Counted from the stretch's first letter, positions 1 through 13,000 are shown. The stretch: DNA of 64,000 nucleotides from Eledone cirrhosa (GCA_964016885.1 CAXHJY010001256.1:1-64000), one strand, 5' to 3'. Made by a program: numbers and translations. The notes: a model not told the origin generated them from the letters alone.

Positions 1-147
1 ATTATATATATATATATATTATATATATATATATATTATATATATTATATATATATATATTATATATATTATATATATTATATATATTATATATATATAT
101 ATATTATATATATTATATATATATATATTATATATATATATATATTA

Positions 148-192
<45 letters not shown>

Positions 193-381
193 ATTATATA
201 TATTATATATATATATATATTATATATATTATATATATTATATATATTATATATATATATATATTATATATATTATATATATTATATATATTATATATAT
301 ATATATATTATATATATTATATATATTATATATATTATATATATATATATATTATATATATTATATATAATATATATATTA

Positions 382-442
<61 letters not shown>

Positions 443-541
443 ATATATTATATATATTATATATATATATATATTATATATATATATATTATATATATAT
501 ATATTATATATATATATATTATATATATATATTATATATAT

Positions 542-573
<32 letters not shown>

Positions 574-651
574 TATATATATATATATATAATATATATA
601 TATTATATATATATATATATCTATATATTATATATATATATATTATATATA

Positions 652-701
<50 letters not shown>

Positions 702-751
702 ATATATATATATATTATATATATATATATAATATCTATATATTATATATA

Positions 752-792
<41 letters not shown>

Positions 793-940
793 GATATATA
801 TATATTATATATATATTATATATATATATATTATATATATATATATTAATATATATATATTATATATATATATATTATATATATATATATATGATATATA
901 TATATATTATATATATATCTATTATATATATATCTATCTA
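1..940. repeat. Degenerate (TA)n microsatellite with TATTA interruptions
   Basis: Direct reading. Similar blocks at 1043-1137, 2964-3384, 3731-4421, 5285-5336, 7240-7463, 9457-9591. Confidence 0.98.
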
Positions 941-1042
941 TCTAAGGCGGGTAAAATTCCCGAGATCCATGGACGAGTTCTCTCCATTGCTCTCTGTCCC
1001 TCATTATCGGTGCCATGTCCTGCATCTCCAACAGACCAGTGT
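932..1042 (-). mobile_element. 3'-end fragment of RTE-type LINE family B
   Basis: Nearly identical to 5332-5441 (ORF end ...EFYPP* followed by ATAG repeats). Confidence 0.85.
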
Positions 1043-1064
1043 TATATATATATATATTATATTA

Positions 1065-1136
<72 letters not shown>

Positions 1137-1220
1137 GTAATAATAATAAAATTGAAGACTAAAATCCAAAGAGGGCTCGATAAGGAAAATATATATCAAA
1201 TATATAAGAACCGGAGAGCA

Positions 1221-1816
1221 AATATTTATTAAAATAACAGATTAAAGTTTAAACAAAGAATCGCTGCTTTCACCCTTAACAGGATCTTCTGAAACTAACA
1301 AAGTCAATCTGTAAATGCAGAACTGGATATTTCAAAAAACGTTGCAACCGGAGGAAGACAGGAAGAGGATACTTTGTTTCGTGGTAACATTCGCTGGCTA
1401 AGAACGGGAAAAAACGAATAATATGTCATTAATAGGAGCGGTGAAAAACAATTACGCACAAAGACAGAACCACGTTTATGGTATAAAAGAGGTCGTAGAC
1501 TAATGTTCTCTTAGGTGGTGCATAGAGAGAACATTAGTCTACGACCTCTTTTATACCATAAACGTGGTTCTGTCTTTGCGCGTAATTGTTTTTCACCGCT
1601 CCTATTAATGACGTATTATTCGTTTTTTCCAGTTCTTTGCCAGCGAACGTTACCACGAACCAAAGTATCCTCTTCCTGTCTTCCTCCGGTTGCAACAATT
1701 TTTGAAATATCCAGTTCTGCGTTTACAGATTGACTTTGTTAGTTTCAGAAGATCCCGTTAAGGGTGAAAGCAGCGATTCTTTGCTTAAACTTTAATCTGT
1801 TATTTTAATAAATATT
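1221..1816. repeat. Long palindrome: two 291-bp inverted arms (1221-1511, 1526-1816) around a 14-nt spacer
   Basis: Arms are reverse complements with about 10 substitutions and equal length. Confidence 0.95.
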
Positions 1817-1817
1817 A

Positions 1818-2963
1818 TATAATAATAATAATAATAATAATGAAATTATTGTGTGCAGTGCTCAGGTGCACTACAACTCATCAAAGGTGCATGTATAGTA
1901 CATAGAATAATGTACAAATGTCAGGAAAATGAACAGTGTACGAGTCATGATATAATAACAATAACAATAATGAAATATTGTGTACAGTGCCCAGGTGCAC
2001 CACAATTCATAAAAAAAGTGCATGTACAGTACATAGGGCAATGCACAAAACATCAGTAAAATGAGCAGTGCACGAGTCATGATACACACATGTGTGCATG
2101 TGTATGGAAGGGGTACATCAGGTGTAGTTTTGGCGTATTTCGGGAAGCATGAGTGTCTTAAAGGATGCAGTGTCTCGGCAGCTAACAATTGACGCAGGCA
2201 GTTTGTTCCATGCTTCAGCAACTCTGAGCGTGAAAAAATGTCTACGAAAGTCATGGGAGCTGTGCTGTTTTCTGATCTTGTAAGCATGTCCACGTGTGTT
2301 AGACACATAGAGATCAAAGAGGCGCTCAGGGTTGCAATTGGCGAGATGGTTAAAAACTTTGTGGGTATTCACCAAGTCCATTGCCAGACGTCGGAGCTTC
2401 AATGAATCCATGCCCAGGGAAGCAAGGCGTTCAGAGTATGGTAGGTGTCTGATGGAGGGTATGCGCTTGGTTGCACGTCTCTGAACAGTTTCCAGGAGGT
2501 CAATGTTCTGAGCAAGATAGGGGTTCCAGACTGATGATGCGAATTCCAAGTGTGGTCGTACCATAGCTGTATACAGTTTTAAATAGATGGCTGGAGAGCA
2601 GTTAACAAAGGTCTTGCTGAGTGATGCCAAGACACCCTCGGCCTTCTTGACAATCTTAGAGACATGCTTTGTCCAACGCAAATCGTTGCTGACAGTAATG
2701 CCCAGGTCACATTCACAAGAGGACTTTTTGATATCAGTGTTGTGGAGGGAGTATGTGGATGCTGGATTTTTCCTTCCAAAATGCATGGTGGTACACTTGT
2801 CCACAGCCAGCTTCAGTTGCCAGTCTGTGATCCATTGCTGCATTGTGTCCAGGTCTGATTGTAGGAAAGAGTTGTAGATTTCAGGATCAGTCCTTTTGAT
2901 TTCAAGGTACAGCTTGATGTCATCTGCATATTTCAGTACCGTGGCATTCTGTAAGTTGGCATC
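1818..2963 (-). mobile_element. 5'-truncated CR1-clade LINE
   Basis: [49 protein letters not shown]; (ATT)n tail; tandemly duplicated 3' UTR (1841-2080). Confidence 0.92.
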
Positions 2964-3384
2964 TATATATATATATATTATATATATATATATATATTAT
3001 ATATATATATATATATTATATATATATATATTATATATATATATATATTATATATATATTATATATATATATTATATTATGTATATATTATATTATATAT
3101 ATATTATATATATATATTATATATATATATTATATATATATTATATATATAATTATATATATATATGTATATATTATATATATTATATATATATATTATA
3201 TATATATATAATTATATATATATATGTATATATTATATATATTATATATATATATAATTATATATATATATGTATATATTATATATATATATTATATATA
3301 TATATAATTATATATATATATGTATATATTATATATATTATATATATATATTATATATATATATAATTATATATATATATGTAT

Positions 3385-3730
3385 GGAGGCACATGGCTTA
3401 GTGGTTAGAGCATTGGCCTTACAATCGAAAGGTTGTGAGTTCAATTCTCAGACCGGTTGATGTGTTGTTTCCTTGAGCAAGACACTTTATTTCACATTGC
3501 TCCAGTTTACTCAGCTGTAGAAATGAGATGGTAGGGACTGGGGTCCCTATCATTCCACTGCAAAGTGGTCGTGGAGGTGCCACGGCAAAAAAGCACCCAG
3601 CACTCACTGTAAATGAGGTTGGTGTTAGGAAGGGCATCCAGCTGTAGAAATCAAGCCAGAATCAGTTCCCGTCCAACCCTTGCAAGCAGGGAAAAGGGGA
3701 CGTAAAAATGATGATGATGATGATGATGAT
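3385..3730 (+). mobile_element. tRNA-derived SINE with RTE-derived 3' tail
   Basis: Pol III A box TGGCTTAGTGG, B box GAGTTCAATTC, core TCCTTGAGCAAGACACTTTA, tail shared with RTE family A 3' UTR, (GAT)n end. Confidence 0.9.
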
Positions 3731-4356
3731 GTATATATTATATATATATATATATTATATATATATATAATTATATATATATATATGTATATATTATATA
3801 TATATATAATTATATATATATATGTATATATTATATATATATATATATTATATATATATATAATTATATATATATATATGTATATATTATATATATATAT
3901 ATATTATATATATATATGTATATATTATATATATTATATATATATTATATATATATATAATTATATATATATGTATATATTATATATATATGTATATATT
4001 ATATATATTATATATGTATTATATATATATATATAATTATATATATATATAATTATATATATATATGTATATATTATATATATATATATATTATATATAT
4101 TTTATATATATTATGTATATATTATATATATATATATATTATATATATTTTATATATATTATATATATATTATATATATATATTATATATATATATTATA
4201 TATATTATATATATATATATATTATATATATTATATATATTATATATATATATATATTATATATATTATATATATTATGTATATATATATATATTATATA
4301 TATTATATATATTATATTATATATATATATATATTATATTATATATATATATATAT

Positions 4357-4387
<31 letters not shown>

Positions 4388-4421
4388 ATATATATATTAT
4401 ATATAATATATATATAATATA

Positions 4422-5284
4422 TACCTAGGTGACCGAATTAGCAACGGAGGTGGGTGCTCAGAAAGTACAATAACTAGGGTAAGAACGGGATGGAAGAAGT
4501 TTAGGGAACTACTACCACTGCTAGCTGCAAAAGGCTTCTCCCTCAGAATGAAAGGCAGACTGTATGATGCGTGTATCCGAACAGCGATGTTGCATGGTAG
4601 TGAGACCTGGGCGCTGAAGGTGGAAGACTTACGTAGATTAGAGAGAAACGAAGCCTGCATGCTCCGATGGATGTGTAACAGTAATATACGTGAACGACAA
4701 AGCATAAAGGAATTGAGAGAGAGACTGAGCATAAGAGGAATCAAATGCTGCGTGCAGGAGAGGCGGTTACGCTGGTATGGACATGTGATGCGTATGAAGG
4801 ATGACAGCTGCATAAAAAGGTGCAGAGCACTAGAAGTTGATGGAAACCGCGGAGTGGGGAGACCCAAGATGACTTGGGATGAGGTGATAAAAGCCGACCT
4901 TACCCAACTACACCTCTCAAAGACAATGACACACGACCGTGACTTCTGGCGTCACGCAGTAATACAGGGTACCCGACCTCCAATGGGTACATGCTGAAGC
5001 ATATAAACAATATGCCCCCACCGCAAGGTGGTCGTGGAGGTGCCACGGCAAAAAAGCACCCAGCCCACACTGTAAAGTGGACGTGTAGGCGCCACGAAAA
5101 AGCACCCAGCACTCACTGTAAATGAGGTTGGTGTTAGGAAGGGCATCCAGCTGTAGAAATCAAGCCAGATCAGTTCCTGTATGAGCAAGGCATGGTCAGC
5201 CGACCAGACACTGCCCACAACAGGACAACCCGTCTAACCCATGCTAGCGTGGAAGAACGGACGTAAAACGGTGATGATGATGAT
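4422..5284 (+). mobile_element. 5'-truncated RTE LINE family A
   Basis: Near-identical to 53542-54405; (GAT)n tail. Confidence 0.95.
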
Positions 5285-5331
5285 TATACATATATTATAT
5301 TATATATATACTTATATATATATTATATATA

Positions 5332-7239
5332 TCTATCTATCTAAGGCGGGTAAAATTCTCGAGATCCATGGACGAGTTCTCTCCAGCGGTCTCTGTCCCT
5401 CATTATTGCTGCCATGTCCCGCGTCTCCAACAGACCAGTGTCTGTCCTTAGGGCATCAACATACGTTAACCTTGGTTTTCCTCTTCTAGTGTGTCCATGT
5501 AGGGGCTCCCAAAGGAGTACTGAGTGCAATGTCAACTCTGGATGTCGGTGAGCATGTCCAGCCAACCTCAGTCTCCTCTGTGTCACTTTTGAGCTGACTT
5601 TTGGGATGCTCCCATACAGCTCTGAGTTTTTCATCCTCAGTGTATACTGATCAATGTTCAGAGCCATCCTCTGCATTCTCGTGTAGCACCCATCCACCAT
5701 CTGAGTGAGTTTCTTGGTCAGTAGCACAGCAGCACAGATTCCACTACAGCAATGAAGAGGCGGATTTTCAGGTCTCCACGAAGGTCCGACTTCCACACCG
5801 ATCTCAAGCTGTGACACGCCGCCCAGGCCTTGCTCTTCCTCTCAACCACATCATCCTCCGTATTCCCAATCTTTGCTCCCAAATACAGGAAGTCCTCAAC
5901 CAATTCCAGCGGCTTCCCGCCTACATTAGTGATCCCCTCTGGCTTCTCAACATTCTCTACCAGATATTTTGTTTTAGTCTCATTCAAGGGAAGCACGTCA
6001 GCTCTGCAAACCCAAAAGTGTGTGCAGCCAGAGAACACCTGAAAGCTGCCAGGGACCAATTCTATGCTGATCCTACGGAGGAGAGGATGGAGACTGTGGA
6101 GGTGATGAGGGAAGAGCTCTGTACCGCTTACACTGAGGTCAGAGAGGAGGCACTGATAGAGAAGATCAGAAGTGTGGAGAGAGCGGTTGACAGATCTGGA
6201 TGATCATCCACGAGATCACAGGGAGGAAGAGAAGGTGTTCGGGTCAGATCCAGGGAACGGGGCCCGAGGATAGGAAGAGGAAATGGCTAGACCATTTTAG
6301 GACCCTACTAGGAGAGCCACCGTCCACAGCCCAGAGCACTGGGGAGATCAGGCGGCTGTTTGAAGAACTGGATGTTGAGACAGAGCCCTTCACCAGAGAG
6401 GAGCTTCAGAGAGCCAAGAAGAGGATCAAGGAGGGCAAGGCTCATGGAGAAGATGGAGTGGCATCAGAGGTGATGAAGAGGTGTGATTTTGATGATATCA
6501 TCCTGTTGTTCTGTAACGGGGCACTGGAGAAAGGAGTTGCCCCGAATCAGTGGAGGATCAGTAACATCGTCCCAGTGCCAAAGAAGGGAGATCTCTCTAA
6601 CACCAACAACTACCGGGGGATCTCAATGACGTCACTTGTGGTAAAGACCCTCAACAGGATGATTCTTAACAGGATCCAGCCTGAGATGGAGAAGAAGCTC
6701 AGGGACAACCAGAACGGCTTCAGAGAGGGTAGATCAACCACCAGTCACATCCTGATGCTGAGGAGGATATTAGAGGGAGCTAGAGCAAAGTGCCTTCCTG
6801 CGGTCATGGTTTTCATTGACTTTAGGAAGGCCTTTGATTCTGTGGACCGTTACTGCCTGATGAAGATCTTACAGGCTTATGGAATCCCCAAGAAGATAGT
6901 GGACCTGATATCACTGCTCTACACTAACACCAGAGCCTAAGTCATTACACCTGATGGGATGACAGAGTTCTTTGAGATACTGGCTGGAGTGCTCCAGGGA
7001 GATACATTGGCTCCCTACCTTTTTATCATCGTAGTGGACTATTGTATGCGCCTTGCACTGGAGAAACACCAGGACTCTGGCTTTACTGTAGCACCGGCTC
7101 AGAGCAGGAGAGTTAGGGCAAAAAAGGTATCGGATGCTGAATTTGCCGACGACATAGTTTTGGTGACAAATACAGTGAAGGAGGCAGAGCATTTGATGCG
7201 GGAGGTTGAGACTGTGTCGATGAGTGTGGGGCTGAGAAT
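5332..7239 (-). mobile_element. RTE-type LINE family B with inverted 5' part (3' segment on - at 5332-5986; RT segment on + at 5987-7239)
   Basis: + strand: PVPKKGD, NQNGFR, FIDFRKAFDSV, GVLQGDTLAPYLF, FADDI...GLR. - strand continues NETKTKY...FLYLG...RRLRLAGH. Contains stops and frameshifts. Confidence 0.9.
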
Positions 7240-7463
7240 TATATATATATATTATATATATATATATTATATATATATATATATTATATATATATATATT
7301 ATATATATTATATATATTATATTATATATATATATTATATATATTATATTATATATATATATTATATATATATATTATATTATATATTTATATTATATAT
7401 ATAATATTATATATATTATATTATATTATATATATTATATATATAGATTACTAAATTATATAT

Positions 7464-9456
7464 ATAGATTACTAAATGAGGAGAATGCATGGGAAGAAGA
7501 GACCCTACCCCACGTAGACCCTATAGAGGGACCAGCAGTACAAGTCAGCGGCAGCGTAGTAAGTAAGGCAATCAGATATGAAGATAGGGAAGGCAACCGG
7601 TCCATCGGGTATAGCTGCCGAGATGCTGAAGGCATCTGGGTCTGTAGGTCACACTATAACCACACGTATCGTTAACCAGGTAATACTAGAAGGGGCCATA
7701 CCAAAAGATTGGTGCAGTAGCATCATTGTCAACTGCTACAAAGGTAAAGGCGATGACTAGATAGAGGAAACTATAGAGGTATAAAGTTGATGGACCAGGT
7801 CATGAAAGTAACAGAAAGAGTTATAGCACAGCTGATTAGGGACCGGGTGAATATAGACGAGATGCAATTTGGGTTTGTACCAGGGAAAGGCACCACTGAT
7901 GCCCTCTTCCTTGTGAGGCAATTACAGGAAAAGTACCTAGCTAAAAGTAAGCCACTCTACTTGGCATTTGTCGACCTTGAGAAAGCCTTTGACAGAGTTC
8001 CACGTGCAGTAATCTGGTGGGCTCTTAGAAAACTAGGAGTAGATGAATGGCTTGTGAAAGCGGTACAAGCCATGTATAGGGGAGCAGTCAGCAAAGTTAG
8101 GATTAGCAATGAGTATAGCTCTGTTCTTAGCCCTTTCCTGTTCATCATAGTCCTGCAGGCAATAACGGAGGAGTTTAAGACCGGATGCCCATGGGAACTC
8201 CTGTATGCTGATGACCTCGCACTCATAGCTGAATCTATGGTAGAACTAGAGAATAAATTCCAAACCTGGAAGCAGGGACTAGAGAGAAAGGGCCTCAAAG
8301 TCAACATGACAAAGACTAAGGTCCTTGTAAGTAGACGAGAAAACAGAACCCAGATCCCCTCAGGGAAATGGCCTTGCTCAGTATGTAGGAAAGGTGTAGG
8401 TAGGAACTCCATTCTCTGCCCCAAATGCAAACAATGGGTACACAAGAGATGTAGCGGGATCTCAGGAAGCTTAATTAAGAATGTAGGATTCACATGCAGC
8501 AGCTGTGCTGAAACAGCAAGCAAACAGCCACAGGAAACAAGTACCACCAATCTCTGGGAGGGCCCTGTAGAAACAGTAGACAGCTTCTGCTACCTAGGTG
8601 ACCGAATTAGCAACGGAGGTGGGTGCTCAGAAAGTACAATAACTAGGGTAAGAACGGGATGGAAGAAGTTTAGGGAACTACTACCACTGCTAGCTGCAAA
8701 AGGCTTCTCCCTCAGAATGAAAGGCAGACTGTATGATGCGTGTATCCGAACAGCGATGTTGCATGGTAGTGAGACCTGGGCGCTGAAGGTGGAAGACTTA
8801 CGTAGATTAGAGAGAAACGAAGCCTACATGCTCCGATGGATGTGTAACAGTAATATACGTGAACGACAAAGCATAAAGGAATTGAGAGAGAGACTGAGCA
8901 TAAGAGGAATCAAATGCTGCGTGCAGGAGAGGCGGTTACGCTGGTATGGACATGTGATGCGTATGAAGGATGACAGCTGCATAAAAAGGTGCAGAGCACT
9001 AGAAGTTGATGGAAACCGCGGAGTGGGGAGACCCAAGATGACTTGGGATGAGGTGATAAAAGCCGACCTTACCCAACTACACCTCTCAAAGACAATGACA
9101 CACGACCGTGACTTCAGGCGTCACGCAGTAATACAGGGTACCCGACCTCCCATGGGTACATGCTGAAGCATATAAACAATATGCCCCCACCGCAAGGTGG
9201 TCGTGGAGGTGCCACGGCAAAAAAGCACCCAGCCCACACTGTAAAGTGGACGTGTAGGCGCCACGAAAAAGCACCCAGCACTCACTGTAAATGAGGTTGG
9301 TGTTAGGAAGGGCATCCAGCTGTAGAAATCAAGCCAGATCAGTTCCTGTATGAGCAAGGTATGGTCAGCCGACCAGACACTGCCCACAACAGGACAACCC
9401 GTCTAACCCATGCTAGCGTGGAAGAACGGACGTAAAACGGTGATGATGATGATGAT
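7464..9456 (+). mobile_element. 5'-truncated RTE LINE family A, disabled
   Basis: Near-identical to 52376-54405, with two small frameshifts (~7576, ~7755) and a 36-nt deletion at ~8120 removing EEFSVQVGVHQG. Confidence 0.95.
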
Positions 9457-9593
9457 ATTATATTATATATATATATTATATATATTATATTATATATATT
9501 ATATTATATATATATATTATATTATATATATTATATTATATATATTATATTATATATATTATATTATATATATTATATATATATATATATTGT

Positions 9594-9712
9594 GAAGGCG
9601 CGTGGCTGAGTGGTTAGAGAATTGGATTCGCAATTGTGAGGTTGTGAGTTTGATTCTCGATCCAGGTGATGCGTTCTGTCCTTGAGCAAGACACTTTATT
9701 TCACGTTGCTCC
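9594..9712 (+). mobile_element. tRNA-derived SINE head fragment
   Basis: TGGCTGAGTGGTTAG...GAGTTTGATTC...CCTTGAGCAAGACACTTTATTTCAC. Confidence 0.75.
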
Positions 9713-10874
9713 TTCTGCCTGGATTTGTGACTGGTAGATAGTATTAGCAATTGGAAAGACCAATGGAAACATTGATTCCTCAATCTGACTGGGATCTTGT
9801 TGATCAACTGTTTATATACACAACACATTTTCCAAACCACTTTCATATATTTTATCGGGCTGTTTTGCATGGAAGTCTAAAAGATTCGTGGAGTAAAATC
9901 TAAACTAAGCCTGCTTTTCTCGACCTATATTTTCATATTTTTTCAGTCAGCTATTAATCTTCATAACTGTAATAGCTGACAATCCTTCACATTTAGAGAC
10001 ATTCGCAACCTGTCTGAATGTCGCCTTCTACTAGGACATTCTCCCCATATGCCCTTGCATATGTTTTATGGCAGTTCCCTATGTGGACTGTAACTATGCT
10101 GGAGAGAGCTTACGATGGTGGCAGCCTAACTAGGAGTGCAGTCACTCCAAATAAATTATGAGAAAAATCTCACAAGCCTTTCTTTTACACCTAGTTGCTC
10201 TCCCTCTCAATGAAGCCCCAGGTGAAGTAGTCCAGGAGGTTTAAATCTAGACAACTAGGAGGCCAAGTGTTAAGAGGTGTTGGTCTAGTGGTTGTGAATA
10301 TTATTGGCCAACCACTCTTGGGTCCTGTAGACTATGTAAGAGAGGGTGGAATCTTGCTAGAATATTTATAGCCTTCTCCCCAGATCTAGGGCTTCTTGTT
10401 CAGCAAGCAATTCAACTGGATCACACAGTTTTCCTAAGTCCTATCAGGCATGAATTGCTCTCTTCTCATAACATAGGATTTGTACCTGATGCCTTTATGC
10501 ACCACATATCTAATTGTGGACTCCAGTACATGAAGCTGATTGGCAATGACTATCATTGACTTATTGGGGTTGTTGATGATGCTTTGAACCTGATGGTGTC
10601 TGACCATTGAGAAAGTTTGTTGTTATTTTCTTTCGACCACAGAGGAGGTATTTTATGATGTGAAACACAGAGGACCAAGCAACATTCAAGAAGGTAGCAA
10701 TCTCTGAATCTCTGTTTTTGGTGGCTAATGTGATAAGAATTTGCATACCTTTTTATTTCTTGTATCAGGGTCTGAGCTTCCATTGGGGCTAAATAATAGA
10801 GAGATATATTAAAATTTGAATCACTTATGGGGATCTAAAGTTGTAATCTCAAATAGCTGATGCACCCTATATAT

Positions 10875-11306
10875 CAGCAGTTGGCAACCCCCAGCCTGCG
10901 GGCCACATCTGGCCCGTCAACAGGTTTCAATCTTAGGCTAAGCGATCCCTAAAAAGGTGTTCTGAATTATTTTGGATTAGAATACCAACTAGAAAACATG
11001 TCTTGCCACAAGACTCATTTAGCTGAACATAATTTTTTGTGTGACAGTAACAAACATGAAATTCAGGCAGATAGTATGTCATTAAACAATTTACCATTTC
11101 TGCCTGTATTTTATTTGTATAAAGAATGTCATTAAAGTAATATCACATAAAATTCATTGTTCTTCTTTAAATCCTGGGATTTAGGTAGCCTTTTAGACAG
11201 AGCAGTCTGAAGTCGAGCAAATTTATTATATTTTAATATCATGGCCTGCCAACGAGACACTGCATAGCTATGTGGCCTACACACCCCAAAAGGTTGTTGG
11301 CCCCTG
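10875..11306. mobile_element. hAT-type MITE
   Basis: CAG...CTG imperfect TIRs, GCGGGCCAC subterminal motifs, perfect 8-bp TSD CTATATAT (10867-10874, 11307-11314). Confidence 0.85.
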
Positions 11307-11902
11307 CTATATATAAAGTGAGCCATGAACAACGCCAGTTACCATTTGTTTTGTTTTTCCCTATATATTTGAAATTTCACATCAATATAAGTATGTCTAT
11401 ATGTTTAACAATGAATCAATGCTAATTTGATGCCATAACTGATTTCTACCAATAACCTACTTTCCTTATACTCAGCATCGTATGCACCATGCTTGTTTCT
11501 TCATTTATCTCTCTGGTTTTATTCCAGAATCTGCTTTCATTTTCACGTGGTAACTACACAAAGGTTTCTTTCAGTGCTTAATTTGCTTACTCTCTTTTTA
11601 CTGGTTCCAGTCATGAATCTGTGGCCAAGCTGCAGCACTGTTATCATTTTTTTGTTTCTTTTTTGCTTTATGCATCATATATTTGTTATAAATCTTATTT
11701 CAGTTATTGCTTTGCTGTGTTTTGAATGTGGGTTTACACTTAAGAGAAATCTATAAATTTCTTGTATATTGCATCCATCTATAATAATGTTTCAAATATG
11801 TTTTGTGTGTTTGTTTTTGTATATACATATTATTAGCAAAGATTAAAAGTTTAAGCAAACAATTTCTTCTGTCACCCTAAAGTGGGATATTATATATATA
11901 TA

Positions 11903-12955
11903 CGAGTGGGGATAAAAAAGTTCGCGGAATTTTTCAGAAAATAATCTATTTTTCAAAAAATATGATTTACTTTCAATTTATTTTTCTACATAGTTGCCAT
12001 CCAGGTCAATACACTTCAAAAGGCGATGCTTCCAGCTTCGTAAGCCGTCTCTAAAGAAAGTTGAAGGCCTTGTTCGAAGCCATGTGTTGGCAGTGTTTTT
12101 AGCTTCTTCAACACCACTAAAACGGGTTCCTTTTAGCATTTCTTTCAGTTTTGGAAAGAGGAAAAGTCTGATGGGGCTAAATCTGGACTATAAGGCGGGT
12201 GAGGAAGCACTTCCCATCGAAACTCTCAAAGAACTTCTTTTGCAACCCGTGCAGAATGCGCTGGTGCATTTTCTTGGTGAAACAAGATCCCACCATGAAG
12301 TTTCCCTTTTCGTTTCTTCACTAATGCCTCTTTCAGCTTCCTTAAAACATTTGCATAGTAAGCTCCTGTCCCAGTTCTTTGATCCGACTTTTGAGATTTG
12401 AACTTGATTGGCCCCGATGATCCACGTGGAAGCCACTGTTTTGACTGCTGTTTGGATTCAGGATCATACTGGTAGATCCAGGTTTCATCTCCGGTGATGA
12501 TTCTGGTCAGGAAATGCTCTTCATCAACTTCAATTTTGTTTAATATCGCCAAAGACAGATCACTTGAAGAATCAGCTGATCAGGACGCAACGCTCTTGGG
12601 ACCCATCACGCTGAAAGCTTGCTTAGTCCCAAATTATCGTGCAGAATTGAATTTGCCAAACCATATGAAATGTCTAGGGACTTAGCTAACTGATTAACTG
12701 TTATTCTTCGATCTTCTTCAATTAAAGTCTGAGCAGCCTCAACGTTTTGGTCATTTTTTGATGTTCCTGGTCTTTCTTCCAAAAATAGGTTTTTTAAAGT
12801 GTGTCAGTACTATACAATAGTCCGCGTATGACTGACTGCAAGTGACTAATAGCAAGGTAAACACCCAGTGACAATGTTCTGACATGTTTAATATTGTTTT
12901 AACCTGATTTTTTTCTTGCTACGATAAAATTCCGTGAACTTTTTGATCCCCCCTC

Positions 12956-12956
<1 letters not shown>
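11903..12956 (-). mobile_element. Decayed mariner (Tc1/mariner) transposon with internal deletion
   Basis: ~30-bp TIRs CGAG(T/G)GGGGAT(A/C)AAAAAGTTC, TA flanks; transposase remnants ITGDETWIYQYDPE, HQENAPAH, HPPYSPDLAPSDF in shifted frames. Confidence 0.92.

Positions 12957-13000
<44 letters not shown>

Noticed and set aside
3385-3460. tRNA gene
   Set aside because: A/B boxes present but no complete cloverleaf; continues into SINE core and tail.
791-4406. Ile/Tyr-rich ORFs in the track
   Set aside because: Translations of (TA)n microsatellite; no coding signal.
10643-10693. Candidate 51-nt phase-1 exon (CACAG|..EVFYDVKHRGPSNIQE|GTAGCA) compatible with exon 15996
   Set aside because: Weak donor, no recognisable homology, and lies in what looks like decayed repeat; needs RNA evidence.
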